Shown: in pieces, positions 27,610 to 38,553 of the stretch
Position numbering within the stretch: position 1 is the stretch's first letter
Layout: every line of letters starts with the position of its first letter
Virus record (IMG/VR): IMGVR_UViG_3300042542_006078
Length of the DNA stretch: 64,000 nt
Reading direction: 5' to 3' (one strand)
Source of the DNA: a virus
Taxonomy: Duplodnaviria; Caudoviricetes
Notes under the pieces: model-generated
The model's database searches: none
The model's input: only the letters and a program-made list of their open reading frames with translations
Told to the model about the DNA's origin: nothing
Made by a program: the position numbers and the translations under genes

Positions 27610-30264
27610 ATGCGAATAAATCAACCACCACTATTTTCAGGGGCAGTAGTCAGCGGATTTATAGGTGACTCTGCTGTAGTTTCTGGTAGTATTGCATCTG
27701 GAAGCATTGGCACCAATCACTTAGCTTCTGGAGTTGTTGTTGGCTTTTTGAATTCTGGAGTTATAACCTCTGGAATGATTGGTGCTGGCGCTGTATTCAA
27801 TAATAATATTGCATCTGGTGGTGTTTTAAGTGGGAAATTAGGCAATAGTTCTGTCCTTTCTGGAAGCATTGGGTCAGGTCAAATAGGAAGAAATCATGTT
27901 TCTTCTGGTGTTTTAGTTCCAACTTATATTTCTGGAACAGCAAATCAAATTCTTGGAATCAATGCTGGAGCAACAGCAAATGAATACAAAACAATTGCTG
28001 CTGCTGGGAATATATCAATCACAAATAATCCAAATCTAGTAACAATTGGAACAACAGGCGATGTTCCTCTTGGATACTACATTTCAGCATATTCAGATGT
28101 AACGCAAACTAATGTTGGATTAGCTTCTGGCAATTTAATGACATACAATAATGTTGCCGAAGCAAATGGAATTTCAGTTAGATCTGGGTCGAATATCGTA
28201 TTTGGATACCCCGGAACTTATAATATTCAGTTTTCAGCACAACTTGAAAAGACAGATGGCGGTTCGGATGATATTGACATTTGGTTAAAATTAAATGGCG
28301 CAAATTTTTTAGATAGCAATACACAAATAACTTTGCCCGTAAATAACGCAAAACTTGTAGCAGCATGGAACTGGGTTTTATCTGTTTCTTCAGGTGATTA
28401 TACAGAAATTGCTTGGTATTCCGCAGATGCTAATACGAGAATACTTGCACAAAATAAAAGCGGAACAATATTACCTGATACTCCTTCTGTCATTTTAACT
28501 GCTGTTCAGGTAATGAACACAAGTGCTTATGGCACAGTGACTAATGTTGATTTAAGTTTGCCTAATCAATTTGTTGTAAGTGGTAATCCAGTAGTTTCTT
28601 CTGGAATATTAAGTGCTGCATGGGCATATCAACCACAAAATACATTCTTAGCTGCTCCTGCAAATACTAGTGGAACTCCAAGTTTCAGAGTTATTTCCTC
28701 TGGTGATCTTATTTCTGGACAAGTAATGTCTGGAAGTATTAGCAGTGGTCAGGTTGGTTCTGTTCATTTAGCTTCGGGAGTTGTTGTTGGATTTTTGACT
28801 TCTGGAGTCATAACCTCTGGAATGATTGGTGCTGGTGCTGTATTCAATAATAATATAGCATCAGGTGGTGTTGGTAGTGGCAAATTATCTGACGGCTCTG
28901 TTTATAATAATATAATTTCATCAGGTGGAATTGGTAGTGGAAAATTAGGAAATGCATCTATAGTTTCTGGAAGTATTGCAAGCGGTCAGGTTGGTTTATT
29001 CCACTTAGCAAGTGGAACTGTATTCTCTGGCACATTCGTTGGTTCTGGAACTGTTCAAAGTGGATCATTAGGAAATTCTTCTGTCTTATCGGGAAGCATC
29101 GCAAGCGGTGTTATTGGTTCTTTTCATTTTGCTGACGGTGCCGTCCTTTCTGGAGATATATCTTCTGGTCAAATTGGTAGAATGCATCTAAGTTCAGGTG
29201 CTGTCAATAGTGGACATTTGGCTACAAATAGTGTTGTTTCTGGAAATATTGCTAGTGGAACAATAACTGGTGGTTCTTCAGGTCAAATTCAGATAAATAA
29301 TGGTGCAGCATTAAATGGTTCATCTAGTTTGACATGGGATGGCACAATTTTAAGTGCAAATCAACTCACACTAACAAACTCAGTGGGAGATGAAGGTGGA
29401 GAAATACTATTAGCTAAAGCACAGACCAACACAACATTAAGTGGTACTGGTGTTACTATAGATCTTTATCAAGATAGATTAAGATTTTTTGAACAAGGTG
29501 GTAGTGCTAGAGGTTTTTATCTTCAAATTACAAGCGGCGGTGGTGGTGTTAGCACAAACATCATGGGAGGCGGCGCTGTTGTGCTACAAAGCGGACAAGT
29601 AACATCTGGATTTATTGGCAATGCCGCTGTAGTAAGCGGAAGCATTGGTAGTGGCAGCATTGGTGTTAATCATTTAATTTCTGGGTTAATTACAACATTA
29701 ACTCTTGGAAGCGGACAAGTAAATAGCGGCAATATTGCTAGTGGCGTAGTTTTCAGATTACTTTCAGGAAATATTACTTCTGGATTTATTGGCGATAATG
29801 CTGTGGTAAGTGGCAGTATCGCAAGTGGGCAGATTGGACAATATCATTTATCAAATAATTCTGTTTTTTCTGGTCATATATCCTCAAGTGAAATTGGTAG
29901 TGTTCATCTTAATTCTGGCGCAGCAATTGGCAATTTATCATCTGGATCAATCAAAAGCGGTGGATGGATACTTGGCGATGGTGTAGTTCAATCTGGCAAT
30001 GTTGCTAGTGGTCTTTTATCTAATTTTACAATAAGTTCAGGATCAATTACTTCTGGTTTAATTGGAAACGCCGCTATTGTAAGCGGAAGCATCGCTAGTG
30101 GACAAATTGGCAAATACAGTTTAACAAGTGGTCTTGTTCCATCTTTTACAATCAATGCAAGCGCCCCATCTAGCCCACTTTATGGTGACAGATGGTTCGA
30201 CACAAATACAGGAACATTACTAACTTATCTTTATGATGGTGCTACAGCACAATGGGTCCAGTAA
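27610..30264 (+). CDS. Fibre-like protein with SGxIxSGQIGxxHLxSG repeats
   Basis: Repeat blocks separated by unique beta-rich domains; C-terminal GDRWFDTNTG..YLYDG..QWV fibre motif. Confidence 0.75.
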   Translation: MRINQPPLFSGAVVSGFIGDSAVVSGSIASGSIGTNHLASGVVVGFLNSGVITSGMIGAGAVFNNNIASGGVLSGKLGNSSVLSGSIGSGQIGRNHVSSGVLVPTYISGTANQILGINAGATANEYKTIAAAGNISITNNPNLVTIGTTGDVPLGYYISAYSDVTQTNVGLASGNLMTYNNVAEANGISVRSGSNIVFGYPGTYNIQFSAQLEKTDGGSDDIDIWLKLNGANFLDSNTQITLPVNNAKLVAAWNWVLSVSSGDYTEIAWYSADANTRILAQNKSGTILPDTPSVILTAVQVMNTSAYGTVTNVDLSLPNQFVVSGNPVVSSGILSAAWAYQPQNTFLAAPANTSGTPSFRVISSGDLISGQVMSGSISSGQVGSVHLASGVVVGFLTSGVITSGMIGAGAVFNNNIASGGVGSGKLSDGSVYNNIISSGGIGSGKLGNASIVSGSIASGQVGLFHLASGTVFSGTFVGSGTVQSGSLGNSSVLSGSIASGVIGSFHFADGAVLSGDISSGQIGRMHLSSGAVNSGHLATNSVVSGNIASGTITGGSSGQIQINNGAALNGSSSLTWDGTILSANQLTLTNSVGDEGGEILLAKAQTNTTLSGTGVTIDLYQDRLRFFEQGGSARGFYLQITSGGGGVSTNIMGGGAVVLQSGQVTSGFIGNAAVVSGSIGSGSIGVNHLISGLITTLTLGSGQVNSGNIASGVVFRLLSGNITSGFIGDNAVVSGSIASGQIGQYHLSNNSVFSGHISSSEIGSVHLNSGAAIGNLSSGSIKSGGWILGDGVVQSGNVASGLLSNFTISSGSITSGLIGNAAIVSGSIASGQIGKYSLTSGLVPSFTINASAPSSPLYGDRWFDTNTGTLLTYLYDGATAQWVQ

Positions 30265-30280
30265 AAATTTAGGATAAAAA

Positions 30281-32512
30281 ATGCCAATTAGTTTTCCATC
30301 ATCGCCAACTTCAGGACAGCGTTATGAATTCAGCTTTAATGCTTGGATTTATAATGGTACTTTCTGGCGTTCTACCAACGCCTCTGGCAGCATTACAAGC
30401 GGTCAGTTGGGCGACAATGTTATATTCAGCGGTAATATCGCCTCTGGGCAGATAGGGCAATATCATCTTGCTAGTGGAGTAGGTGGTGGTGGAGGTAGCC
30501 TTACCTCTGGACAAGTACAATCAGGAAATATAGGTAATAATGCTGTCACAAGTGGCAATATCAGTTCTGGTCAGGTGGGACAGTACCACATTGCCAGTGG
30601 AGCAATTGTTCTTTCTTCTGGTCAAGTCCAGTCGGGGAATATTGGCAATAATGCAATATTAAGCGGAAACATCGCTTCGGGTCAAATCAGTTCTTTTCAC
30701 TTAGCAAGTGGAACACTTGAATTAAGTTCTGGGCAGGTCACAAGTGGCGAAATTGGCAATAATGCAGTCTTGAGCGGCAACATCGCTTCTGGTCAGGTGG
30801 GACAATTTCATATTGCAAGCGGAGCAATTGTTTTATATTCTGGACAAATTCAGTCTGGCAATGTGGGCGATAATGCTATATTAAGCGGAAATATCGCTTC
30901 TGGTCAAATTGGTTTTTTTCATGTATCGAGTGGAGCTATTACTGTTTCCTCTGGTCAAGTTCAAAGTGGAAATATTGGCAACAATGCAGTCCTGAGTGGT
31001 TCAATTTCTTCAGGTCAGATAGGTCAATTTCATCTTTCCAGCGGTTCTGTGACAAGTGGAGCCATAGCCTCTGGTCAAATTTTCTCGTTTCACATTGGAA
31101 GCGGCGCTGTTCAAAGTGGACAATTAGGTAGCGGACAAGTAGGATATCCTCACATTGCCTCAGGAGCAATCACATCAGGCAAGCTGGCGGCAGGCGCTGT
31201 GCTGAGTGGAAACTTGGCTTCTGGTCAATTCGGCGGTTTGCATCTTGTCAGTGGCGCTGTGCAGAATTTTCACATACAGTCAGGTCAAATTTTTGATTAT
31301 CATATTTTGTCTGGCGCTGTCATAAGTGGAAAATTATCATTAAACGCAGTTTTAAGTGGAAACATTGCTTCGGGAAATATCGACTGGATTCATATTGCCA
31401 ATGCTGGTGTGAGAAGCGGAAACATAGCCAGTGGTCAAATCGGCGCTCCTCACCTAGCAAGCGGTGCAGTCAGAAGCGGAGCCATAGCATCAGGTCAAAT
31501 TGGACAATTTCACATTTCGTCGGGAGCAATCTCAAGTGGTAAAATAAGTTCAGGATCTATTCTTAGTGGAAATATAGCAAGTGGTCAAATCGGTAGCGGT
31601 CACCTAGCGGCAAGTGTCGTCCTTGGGGCTAATATAAAATCAGGCGATATTAAGTCAGGCATGGTTGCTGACGGCGCTGTATTTAATTTTAACATTGCAT
31701 CAGGTCAAATATTCAACAACAACATAGCATCAGGCGTTATCTTTAACACAAATTTGGGATCAGGTTCTGTAACAAGCGGTGCCATAGCATCTGGTCAAAT
31801 TGGACAATTTCATCTTGCCAACAACTCTGTTAGAAGTGGAAATATTGCCAGCGGTCAGGTCGGTGGTTTCCATATTTCATCAGGAACTTTTATAAGCGGT
31901 GTAATTGCAAGTGGAATTATAGGGTCGATTCACCTAAGTTCAGGAGCCTTGTCAAGTGGTCAAATCGGCAGTGGTCAGATAGGTACATTCCATCTTGCGA
32001 GTTCATCTATTATTGGTGCAAACATTGGTTCAGGTCAAATTGATACTATTCACTTAACGCCGAATGCGACTTCTTTGAATGCTTATAGATTAATGACAAC
32101 GGCATTCAACGCTGGTGAATTTATCTCTGGGATTAAGGCTGTTTGCATGGGATCAGGTGGAGTTATTTTAACTGCTCAATGCGGTAGCGGTCTGAGATTG
32201 CCAGCAATCGGTGTGACTATGAGTGGGGCTTTAAGCGGAACGGCATGTACAGTTGTTTCGTATGGCAGAATATTCAGCACTGCTTCTGGAATGATTGCAA
32301 GTGGATTTGAAGGCAACTTACTTTATGTTGGTTCTGGTGGAATTGTTGTGAACAGAAGTGGGTTTACTATTGGCGGCGTTTTATCGGCACCGGGTCTTTC
32401 TGGTGATATGCAGCAGTCGATAGGTGTATATGTTAGTGGCGGAATGTTTGTGATGCCTAATTTGTGTGTTAGTAGAAGTGGATTTGCAAACAACTTACCT
32501 TATGATGTTTAA
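30281..32512 (+). CDS. Fibre-like protein, almost entirely SG repeats
   Basis: N-terminal MPISFPS-P-SGQRY anchor; about 20-aa SGQIGQFHIxSGAIxSG repeats; C-terminal domain shared with the next gene. Confidence 0.75.
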   Translation: MPISFPSSPTSGQRYEFSFNAWIYNGTFWRSTNASGSITSGQLGDNVIFSGNIASGQIGQYHLASGVGGGGGSLTSGQVQSGNIGNNAVTSGNISSGQVGQYHIASGAIVLSSGQVQSGNIGNNAILSGNIASGQISSFHLASGTLELSSGQVTSGEIGNNAVLSGNIASGQVGQFHIASGAIVLYSGQIQSGNVGDNAILSGNIASGQIGFFHVSSGAITVSSGQVQSGNIGNNAVLSGSISSGQIGQFHLSSGSVTSGAIASGQIFSFHIGSGAVQSGQLGSGQVGYPHIASGAITSGKLAAGAVLSGNLASGQFGGLHLVSGAVQNFHIQSGQIFDYHILSGAVISGKLSLNAVLSGNIASGNIDWIHIANAGVRSGNIASGQIGAPHLASGAVRSGAIASGQIGQFHISSGAISSGKISSGSILSGNIASGQIGSGHLAASVVLGANIKSGDIKSGMVADGAVFNFNIASGQIFNNNIASGVIFNTNLGSGSVTSGAIASGQIGQFHLANNSVRSGNIASGQVGGFHISSGTFISGVIASGIIGSIHLSSGALSSGQIGSGQIGTFHLASSSIIGANIGSGQIDTIHLTPNATSLNAYRLMTTAFNAGEFISGIKAVCMGSGGVILTAQCGSGLRLPAIGVTMSGALSGTACTVVSYGRIFSTASGMIASGFEGNLLYVGSGGIVVNRSGFTIGGVLSAPGLSGDMQQSIGVYVSGGMFVMPNLCVSRSGFANNLPYDV

Positions 32513-32525
32513 GAGAATATAAAAA

Positions 32526-35500
32526 ATGCCAATCAGCTTTCCGTCTTTACCTTCATCTGGACAGAGATATGAGTTCAGCTTTAACGCTTGGACTTATAAT
32601 GGTATATTTTGGCAATCGACGGGATCTTCTGGCCAAATTACCAGTGGTGCAATAGGTGACAATGCTATCTTTAGCGGAAATATTGCCAGTGGAAGTATTA
32701 GTGCTTTTAATTTAGCTAGTGGAGTAGGTGGTTCCAGTCTTGTTCTGACAAGTGGTTCAATTACATCTGGTTTTATTGGAAATAATGCAGTAAATTCTGG
32801 AAATATTGCTTCAGGTCAGGTGGGTCAATATCAAATAAATGATTATAATGTTGGCGTTTTGAATAACATAAGGGGAGGAGATTATGGTTATTTTGCTGGT
32901 GGAAGCTCTAGTGGTACTTTTTTTGCAACAGCAGAAAAATTAACATATTCAAGTGATACTGCTGCCGCACAAACAACCGCAAATTTAAGTCAAGGAAGAG
33001 GAGGACTAGCAGGAATTTCTGAAGGTTTAACAAAAGGTTATTTTGCTGGTGGTCAATCTCTAAGTGGTGCTGCCAATATTATCGCAACAACCGACAAAAT
33101 AACATATTCAACAAATACAAGTTCTGCACAGGCAAGTGCTAATCTAAGCCAAGCGAGAGCAGGATTGGCTGGAGTTGGAGGAGAAAGAAATAAGGGTTAC
33201 TTTGCTGGTGGTTTAGCAACTTTTAGCTCTTATGTTACAACCGCAGACAAATTAACATATTCGACTGATTCTACTGCTGCTCAGACAACAGCAAATTTAA
33301 GCCAAGCAAGAAGAAGTTTTGGTGGAGTTTCTGATGGTTTAATAAAAGGCTATTTTGCTGGTGGTGATACAAATAACGCTGTTGCCACAGCAGAAAAATT
33401 AACATATTCGACTGATTCTACTGCTGCACAGACTACAGCAAATTTAACCCAAGCAAGAATAGGCTCAACTGGTTGTTCTGGTGAAGGAACTAAAGGCTAT
33501 TTTACTGGTGGATATACTGGCGCAGGTGTAGATGTAGCAACATCAGATAAAATAAATTATTCAACTGATACAACAGCTTCTCTAACAACATCAAACTTGA
33601 GTCAGGCGAGATCATTCTTGGCAGGGATTTCCGAAGGATCAAAAAAAGGTTATTTTGCTGGTGGAAACTCTAGCGGTACTGTTGTCGCAACGGCAGATAA
33701 ACTAACATATTCAACAGACGCAACTGCTGCTCAAACAAGCGCAAACTTAAGTCAAGCAAGAAACACTTTAGCCGGAGTAGGTCAAGAATATACAACAGTA
33801 TTTGGAAATAATTGCGTTTTTTCTGGCAATATTTCTTCAAGCGAAATTGGATTAATTCATTTTGGATTCTCGTATCCAACTAGCGGTTCAATTAAATCAG
33901 GCAATATTGGCGACAATTCTGTAAATTCTGGAAATATTGGTAGTGGACAAATTGGAAGATTCCAAATAAGTTATTTTAATCCAGAAACAAATCTTGCTAA
34001 AGGTTATTTTGCTGGTGGAAGCACTGGAGATTATGTTGCAACAGCAGATAAATTAACATATTCCACAGATACAACTGCTGCTCAAACAACGGCAAATTTA
34101 AGTCAAGCAAGAGAGCAATTAGCAGGAATTTCAGAAGGATCAACAAAAGGTTATTTTGCTGGTGGAAGTAATGCAGGAGGTTTTGTTGCAACAGCAGATA
34201 AAATAACATATTCAAATGATACGACTGTGTCTCAAACAACAGCAAATTTAAGTCAAGCAAGATCTGGATTAGCTGGTTGTTCTGGACAAGGAACAAAAGG
34301 TTATTTTGCTGGTGGAACTACTAATGTGAATGTAGCAACAGCAGATAAACTAACATATGCAACAGATACAACTGTGTCTCAAACAACAGCAAATCTCAGT
34401 CAGTCAAGAGGAGGAGTGGCTGGAATTTCTGAAGGCTCAACAAAAGGTTATTTTGCTGGTGGAATTGATGGAGGATTAAATTATGTTGTAACAGCAGATA
34501 AATTAACATATTCAACTGATACGACTGTTGCTCAAGCAAGTGCTAATTTAAGTCAAGCGAGAACACAATTAACTGGTTGTTCAGGAGATTCAACAAAAGG
34601 TTATTTTGCTGGTGGAAGTACTAATGGAATCTCTGGAATTACAACAGCAAATAAACTAACATATGCAACAGATGCAACTACTGCTCAAACAACTGCAAAT
34701 TTAAGTCAAGCAAGATTCGGTTTAGCGGGAATTTCAGATGGATCTATAAAAGGTTATTTTGCTGGTGGTTTTAGCGACTCATATGCTGCAACGGCAGATA
34801 AATTAACATATTCAACTGATACGACTATAGCACAAACAACTGCAAATTTAAGTCAAGCAAGAAGGGATTTAACAGGAATTGGTCAAATTTTTGCTAATAC
34901 ATTTGGCAACAATTCTATAACTTCTGGAAATATAGCATCTGGTCAAATCGGACAATTTCATTTTTTATCTGGAGTTATACGAACTGCAACGAATATCGTA
35001 AACAGTGGAAGTTTTGGTAATTCTTCCGTTAATTCAGGAAACATTGCATCAGGAATCATATCCCAATTTCATTTTTCTGATTCTTCTGTTTACTCTGATT
35101 CAGTAAGAAGCGGCAATGTTTCAACATTCAAGTTCTCCAACAATGCAGTTTTCAGTGGAAATATCAGCAGCAGCAATACAATAACAACAATAAACTTAGC
35201 TTCAGGTGGTGTTCAAAGTGGTGCATTTGGCGACAATGCAATAAGCAGCGGTGATATTCTCAGCGGTAGAATCACAAGTATTAACATCAGCAGCGGAGCA
35301 TTCCAATCATTTAATATTGCGAGCGGATCAATAAGCACTGTGAAACTGGCAAGCGGAGCAGCAGTAGGAGCATTCAAACTCGCAAGTGGAATTGTCGTGA
35401 GCGGAAATATTGCTTCAGGCTCAATATTCTTTACACCATTTATTGATGGTGCAATTGAAAGTGGAAACATAGCAAGTGGCGCAATTGGAAATATACATTT

Positions 35501-37586
35501 AGGTAATGAATCCGTAACAAGTGGTGCAGTCCCTAGCGGAACAGTTATTTTCAATATGGTTGGTGCTAATGCAACTGTTGCTTATAACTTTTCAGATGTT
35601 GCATTAGCTTCAGGAAATTTTGCCCTACAATCTGTAACAGGTGAAAACCTTGCAGATGGACTTTGGCCAATTCCTACTGCATTTTTTGTCTCTGGCGGTA
35701 TTACCGCTTTCATGTTCGATAACAACTCAATTGTTAGTGGCAACTTAGCTTCTGAATTAGTTACTTCAGGCAAACTAACAACAACAGCAGCCAATGAAAT
35801 TAGATTTACAAATATGGCTTCTGGTTCAGTTGTAAGTGGAAATATAGTTTCTGGTGTTGTATTCAGCGATGCAACCACAAATAACTTCTCAAACGCAGGA
35901 GTAAGAAGCGGAAATATTGCCTCTGGACAAGTTGGTAGAATTCATCTTGCAAACGCAACAATAAGATCTGGAAATATAGGAAGCGGTGTAATCAGATTCC
36001 CAGAATTCTTCGGAGACGCTACAACATACACAAATATTGCCAGCGGACAAATAGATCAATATCATCTATATTGGACCTATGATGGAACTACAACAAAAGC
36101 AGGATATTTTGCTGGTGGAACTACTGGCACAATTGTTACAACAGCAGATAAATTAAAATATTCAACTGATACTACTGTTGCTCAAACAAGTGCTAATTTA
36201 AGTCAAGGAAGACATTCTTTGGCTGGAGTTTCAGAAGGATCGATAAAAGGTTATTTTGCTGGTGGATCTACTGGCACAATTGTTGCAACAGCAGATAAAT
36301 TAACATACTCAAACAGCACAACTGTTGCTCAAACAAGTGCAAATTTAATACAAGATATATCTCGATTAGGTGGATGCTCAGGAGAAGGCACAAAAGGCTA
36401 TTTTGCTGGTGGATTAAATTCCATTGCCATTATTGTAGCGACAGCAAATAAATTAACATATTCGACTGACACAACTGCTGCACAAACAAGTGCAAATCTA
36501 AGTCAAGCGAGAAGTTATTTAACTGGAGTTTCAGAAGGATCAACAAAAGGTTATTTCGCTGGTGGAACTACAGGAACAGATGTTGCAACAGCAGATAAAT
36601 TAACATATTCAACAGATACAACTGCTGCTCAAGCAAGTGCAAATCTAAGTCAAGCGAGAATAGGATTAGCTGGTTGTTCAGGAGATGGAACAAAAGGTTA
36701 TTTTGTTGGTGGAGTTACTGGATCTTTTGTTTATCAAAAAACCGCAGATAAATTGACATATTCAACCGATACAACTACTTCACAAACAACCGCAGATCTA
36801 AGTCGAGAAAAATATGCTTTAACTGGAGTTTCAGAAGGATCAACAAAAGGTTATTTCGCTGGTGGAGATACTGGACAATTTGTAGCAACAGCAGACAAAG
36901 TAACATACTCAACAGATGCAAATTCTTCTCAAACTACTGCAAATTTAAGTCAAGCAAGAATTGGTTTAGCAGGAGTTGATGGAGGACAATCTCAAAACAC
37001 ATTGCCCACAGACCGTATTTCTGCCGCATACCTTACAAGCAGCAAGCTTTCATCTGGCACAATTGGTCTTACAACAACTTTACAAAACGCAGCATTCCCA
37101 TACAATCTTGCAGAAACAGCACAAATAAATACAAATCAACCAATGTTTGATTATTTTGTTTTTCAGGAACAATGTTCAGGCATCAAAGCAGTATGCATAG
37201 CATCAGGAAGCAGAGTGGTAAGAGCGGAAAGAGCAAGTGGAATGAGATTACCAGCAATTGGCGTAACAAGCGGAACTGTTAACAGCGGATCAACAGGAAG
37301 AGTATATTATTACGGATATGTCGGAAGAGTCGGATCATTTGCCGCAAACTCTGGACTATATAATGGAATTTCTGGGTTCCAAGGACAACCATTATATGTC
37401 GGATCGGGCGGAAATATCGTTAATCAAAGCGGAATGCGTGGAGCATCCTCTGGCGCACCATTCATATCAGGAAATATGCAACAACAAATAGGCATCGCTA
37501 TGAGCGGAGGACTATTCGTTATGCCAAGTCCAAGAATTGTAAGATCGGGATTTCAAGGCAAATTGCCTTATGATCATCCTGCCTAA
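32526..37586 (+). CDS. Giant fibre protein with three blocks of six Kelch-like repeats
   Basis: 18 GYF[ATV]GG...DKLTYSTD...ANLSQAR repeats in 3 blocks of 6, separated by SG-repeat stalks; paralogous termini with the upstream gene. Confidence 0.8.
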   Translation: MPISFPSLPSSGQRYEFSFNAWTYNGIFWQSTGSSGQITSGAIGDNAIFSGNIASGSISAFNLASGVGGSSLVLTSGSITSGFIGNNAVNSGNIASGQVGQYQINDYNVGVLNNIRGGDYGYFAGGSSSGTFFATAEKLTYSSDTAAAQTTANLSQGRGGLAGISEGLTKGYFAGGQSLSGAANIIATTDKITYSTNTSSAQASANLSQARAGLAGVGGERNKGYFAGGLATFSSYVTTADKLTYSTDSTAAQTTANLSQARRSFGGVSDGLIKGYFAGGDTNNAVATAEKLTYSTDSTAAQTTANLTQARIGSTGCSGEGTKGYFTGGYTGAGVDVATSDKINYSTDTTASLTTSNLSQARSFLAGISEGSKKGYFAGGNSSGTVVATADKLTYSTDATAAQTSANLSQARNTLAGVGQEYTTVFGNNCVFSGNISSSEIGLIHFGFSYPTSGSIKSGNIGDNSVNSGNIGSGQIGRFQISYFNPETNLAKGYFAGGSTGDYVATADKLTYSTDTTAAQTTANLSQAREQLAGISEGSTKGYFAGGSNAGGFVATADKITYSNDTTVSQTTANLSQARSGLAGCSGQGTKGYFAGGTTNVNVATADKLTYATDTTVSQTTANLSQSRGGVAGISEGSTKGYFAGGIDGGLNYVVTADKLTYSTDTTVAQASANLSQARTQLTGCSGDSTKGYFAGGSTNGISGITTANKLTYATDATTAQTTANLSQARFGLAGISDGSIKGYFAGGFSDSYAATADKLTYSTDTTIAQTTANLSQARRDLTGIGQIFANTFGNNSITSGNIASGQIGQFHFLSGVIRTATNIVNSGSFGNSSVNSGNIASGIISQFHFSDSSVYSDSVRSGNVSTFKFSNNAVFSGNISSSNTITTINLASGGVQSGAFGDNAISSGDILSGRITSINISSGAFQSFNIASGSISTVKLASGAAVGAFKLASGIVVSGNIASGSIFFTPFIDGAIESGNIASGAIGNIHLGNESVTSGAVPSGTVIFNMVGANATVAYNFSDVALASGNFALQSVTGENLADGLWPIPTAFFVSGGITAFMFDNNSIVSGNLASELVTSGKLTTTAANEIRFTNMASGSVVSGNIVSGVVFSDATTNNFSNAGVRSGNIASGQVGRIHLANATIRSGNIGSGVIRFPEFFGDATTYTNIASGQIDQYHLYWTYDGTTTKAGYFAGGTTGTIVTTADKLKYSTDTTVAQTSANLSQGRHSLAGVSEGSIKGYFAGGSTGTIVATADKLTYSNSTTVAQTSANLIQDISRLGGCSGEGTKGYFAGGLNSIAIIVATANKLTYSTDTTAAQTSANLSQARSYLTGVSEGSTKGYFAGGTTGTDVATADKLTYSTDTTAAQASANLSQARIGLAGCSGDGTKGYFVGGVTGSFVYQKTADKLTYSTDTTTSQTTADLSREKYALTGVSEGSTKGYFAGGDTGQFVATADKVTYSTDANSSQTTANLSQARIGLAGVDGGQSQNTLPTDRISAAYLTSSKLSSGTIGLTTTLQNAAFPYNLAETAQINTNQPMFDYFVFQEQCSGIKAVCIASGSRVVRAERASGMRLPAIGVTSGTVNSGSTGRVYYYGYVGRVGSFAANSGLYNGISGFQGQPLYVGSGGNIVNQSGMRGASSGAPFISGNMQQQIGIAMSGGLFVMPSPRIVRSGFQGKLPYDHPA

Positions 37587-37587
37587 T

Positions 37588-38178
37588 CTAAAACTTATCA
37601 AAAAATATATTGAAACTCATGCTGATTCTGTCTTCAGATGATCTATTCATCTGAACACTATGCACAAGCCAAGAAGGAAATATATAACATCTTCCCGCTA
37701 TTGCAGGATAAATTAAATTATTCGCAGTAACTATGCTAAAATCCTTATAAGTAGCATCAAGCATTCCCTTCGCAATCAAAGGCGAATGAAAAATAATATT
37801 TCCAGAATTTTCAGGTGCCTGTAAATAATAACAACCAGAAAATATGTTTCGTGGATGTGTATGACTGGCATTATATGCGCCAGAAGGATTAACATTAACC
37901 CAAGAATTGTAAATTTTTATTTCTTCAACAATAGTCAAAGATTCACGAATATTTTGAACAAAACCAGATAAATCACGCTTTAACTCAGAACATACACGAT
38001 TATCAAGAAAATTGTCTTGGCTCTGCCAACCACCACCCATATTAGTCTTATCAACACCGACAGGATCAGAAGCCTGTCGGTATCTCGTATAATCAATTAA
38101 ATTCTGCCTGTAATCACGATCATTCAAATCACAAACATATATCGTCGAAGGAAATGCTAACTCACACTTAATCATCAA
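37588..38178 (-). CDS. 2OG-Fe(II) oxygenase (TIGR02466-like)
   Basis: SWVNVN, HTHP..FSGCYYL, FPSWLVHSV, RISMSFN. Confidence 0.85.
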   Translation of the reverse strand: MMIKCELAFPSTIYVCDLNDRDYRQNLIDYTRYRQASDPVGVDKTNMGGGWQSQDNFLDNRVCSELKRDLSGFVQNIRESLTIVEEIKIYNSWVNVNPSGAYNASHTHPRNIFSGCYYLQAPENSGNIIFHSPLIAKGMLDATYKDFSIVTANNLIYPAIAGRCYIFPSWLVHSVQMNRSSEDRISMSFNIFFDKF

Positions 38179-38546
38179 TCATCCAACCACTTTGAAAACT
38201 TATATCTCGTCTGTCCACCAACAAATTTCTTTTCAACCTCAAGATCTGAATTCAAAATGCGATAATCTGGAATACTCTTAACCTTATACTTTTTCTTCAA
38301 AGTCGGATTATCATCCACATCAACCATCAATACAACAAACTTATCAAGCTTTTCCTTTATCTCTTTTTCCTTAAACATTTTCTTCATCGCCTGACAAGGC
38401 GCACACCAAGATGCACCGAAATAAAGGAAAATTTTCTTTTTATCTTTCTTCGCAATCTTAACAGCCTCATCATATGATGAGGCTTCCTCCGCACGAACAA
38501 AACTCAATGACAAAAACAATAAAACAAGAACTAAAATTCTAAACAT
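38175..38546 (-). CDS. Exported thioredoxin-like protein
   Basis: WCAPC active site; signal peptide MFRILVLVLLFLSLSFVRA; start reassigned to ATG 38546 after GAGG. Confidence 0.85.
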   Translation of the reverse strand: MFRILVLVLLFLSLSFVRAEEASSYDEAVKIAKKDKKKIFLYFGASWCAPCQAMKKMFKEKEIKEKLDKFVVLMVDVDDNPTLKKKYKVKSIPDYRILNSDLEVEKKFVGGQTRYKFSKWLDD

Positions 38547-38553
38547 AATCGCC

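Noticed and set aside
32526-37586. Diversity-generating retroelement acting on the propeller loops
   Set aside because: No reverse transcriptase or template repeat in the window; differences include indels and all bases, not adenine-specific changes.
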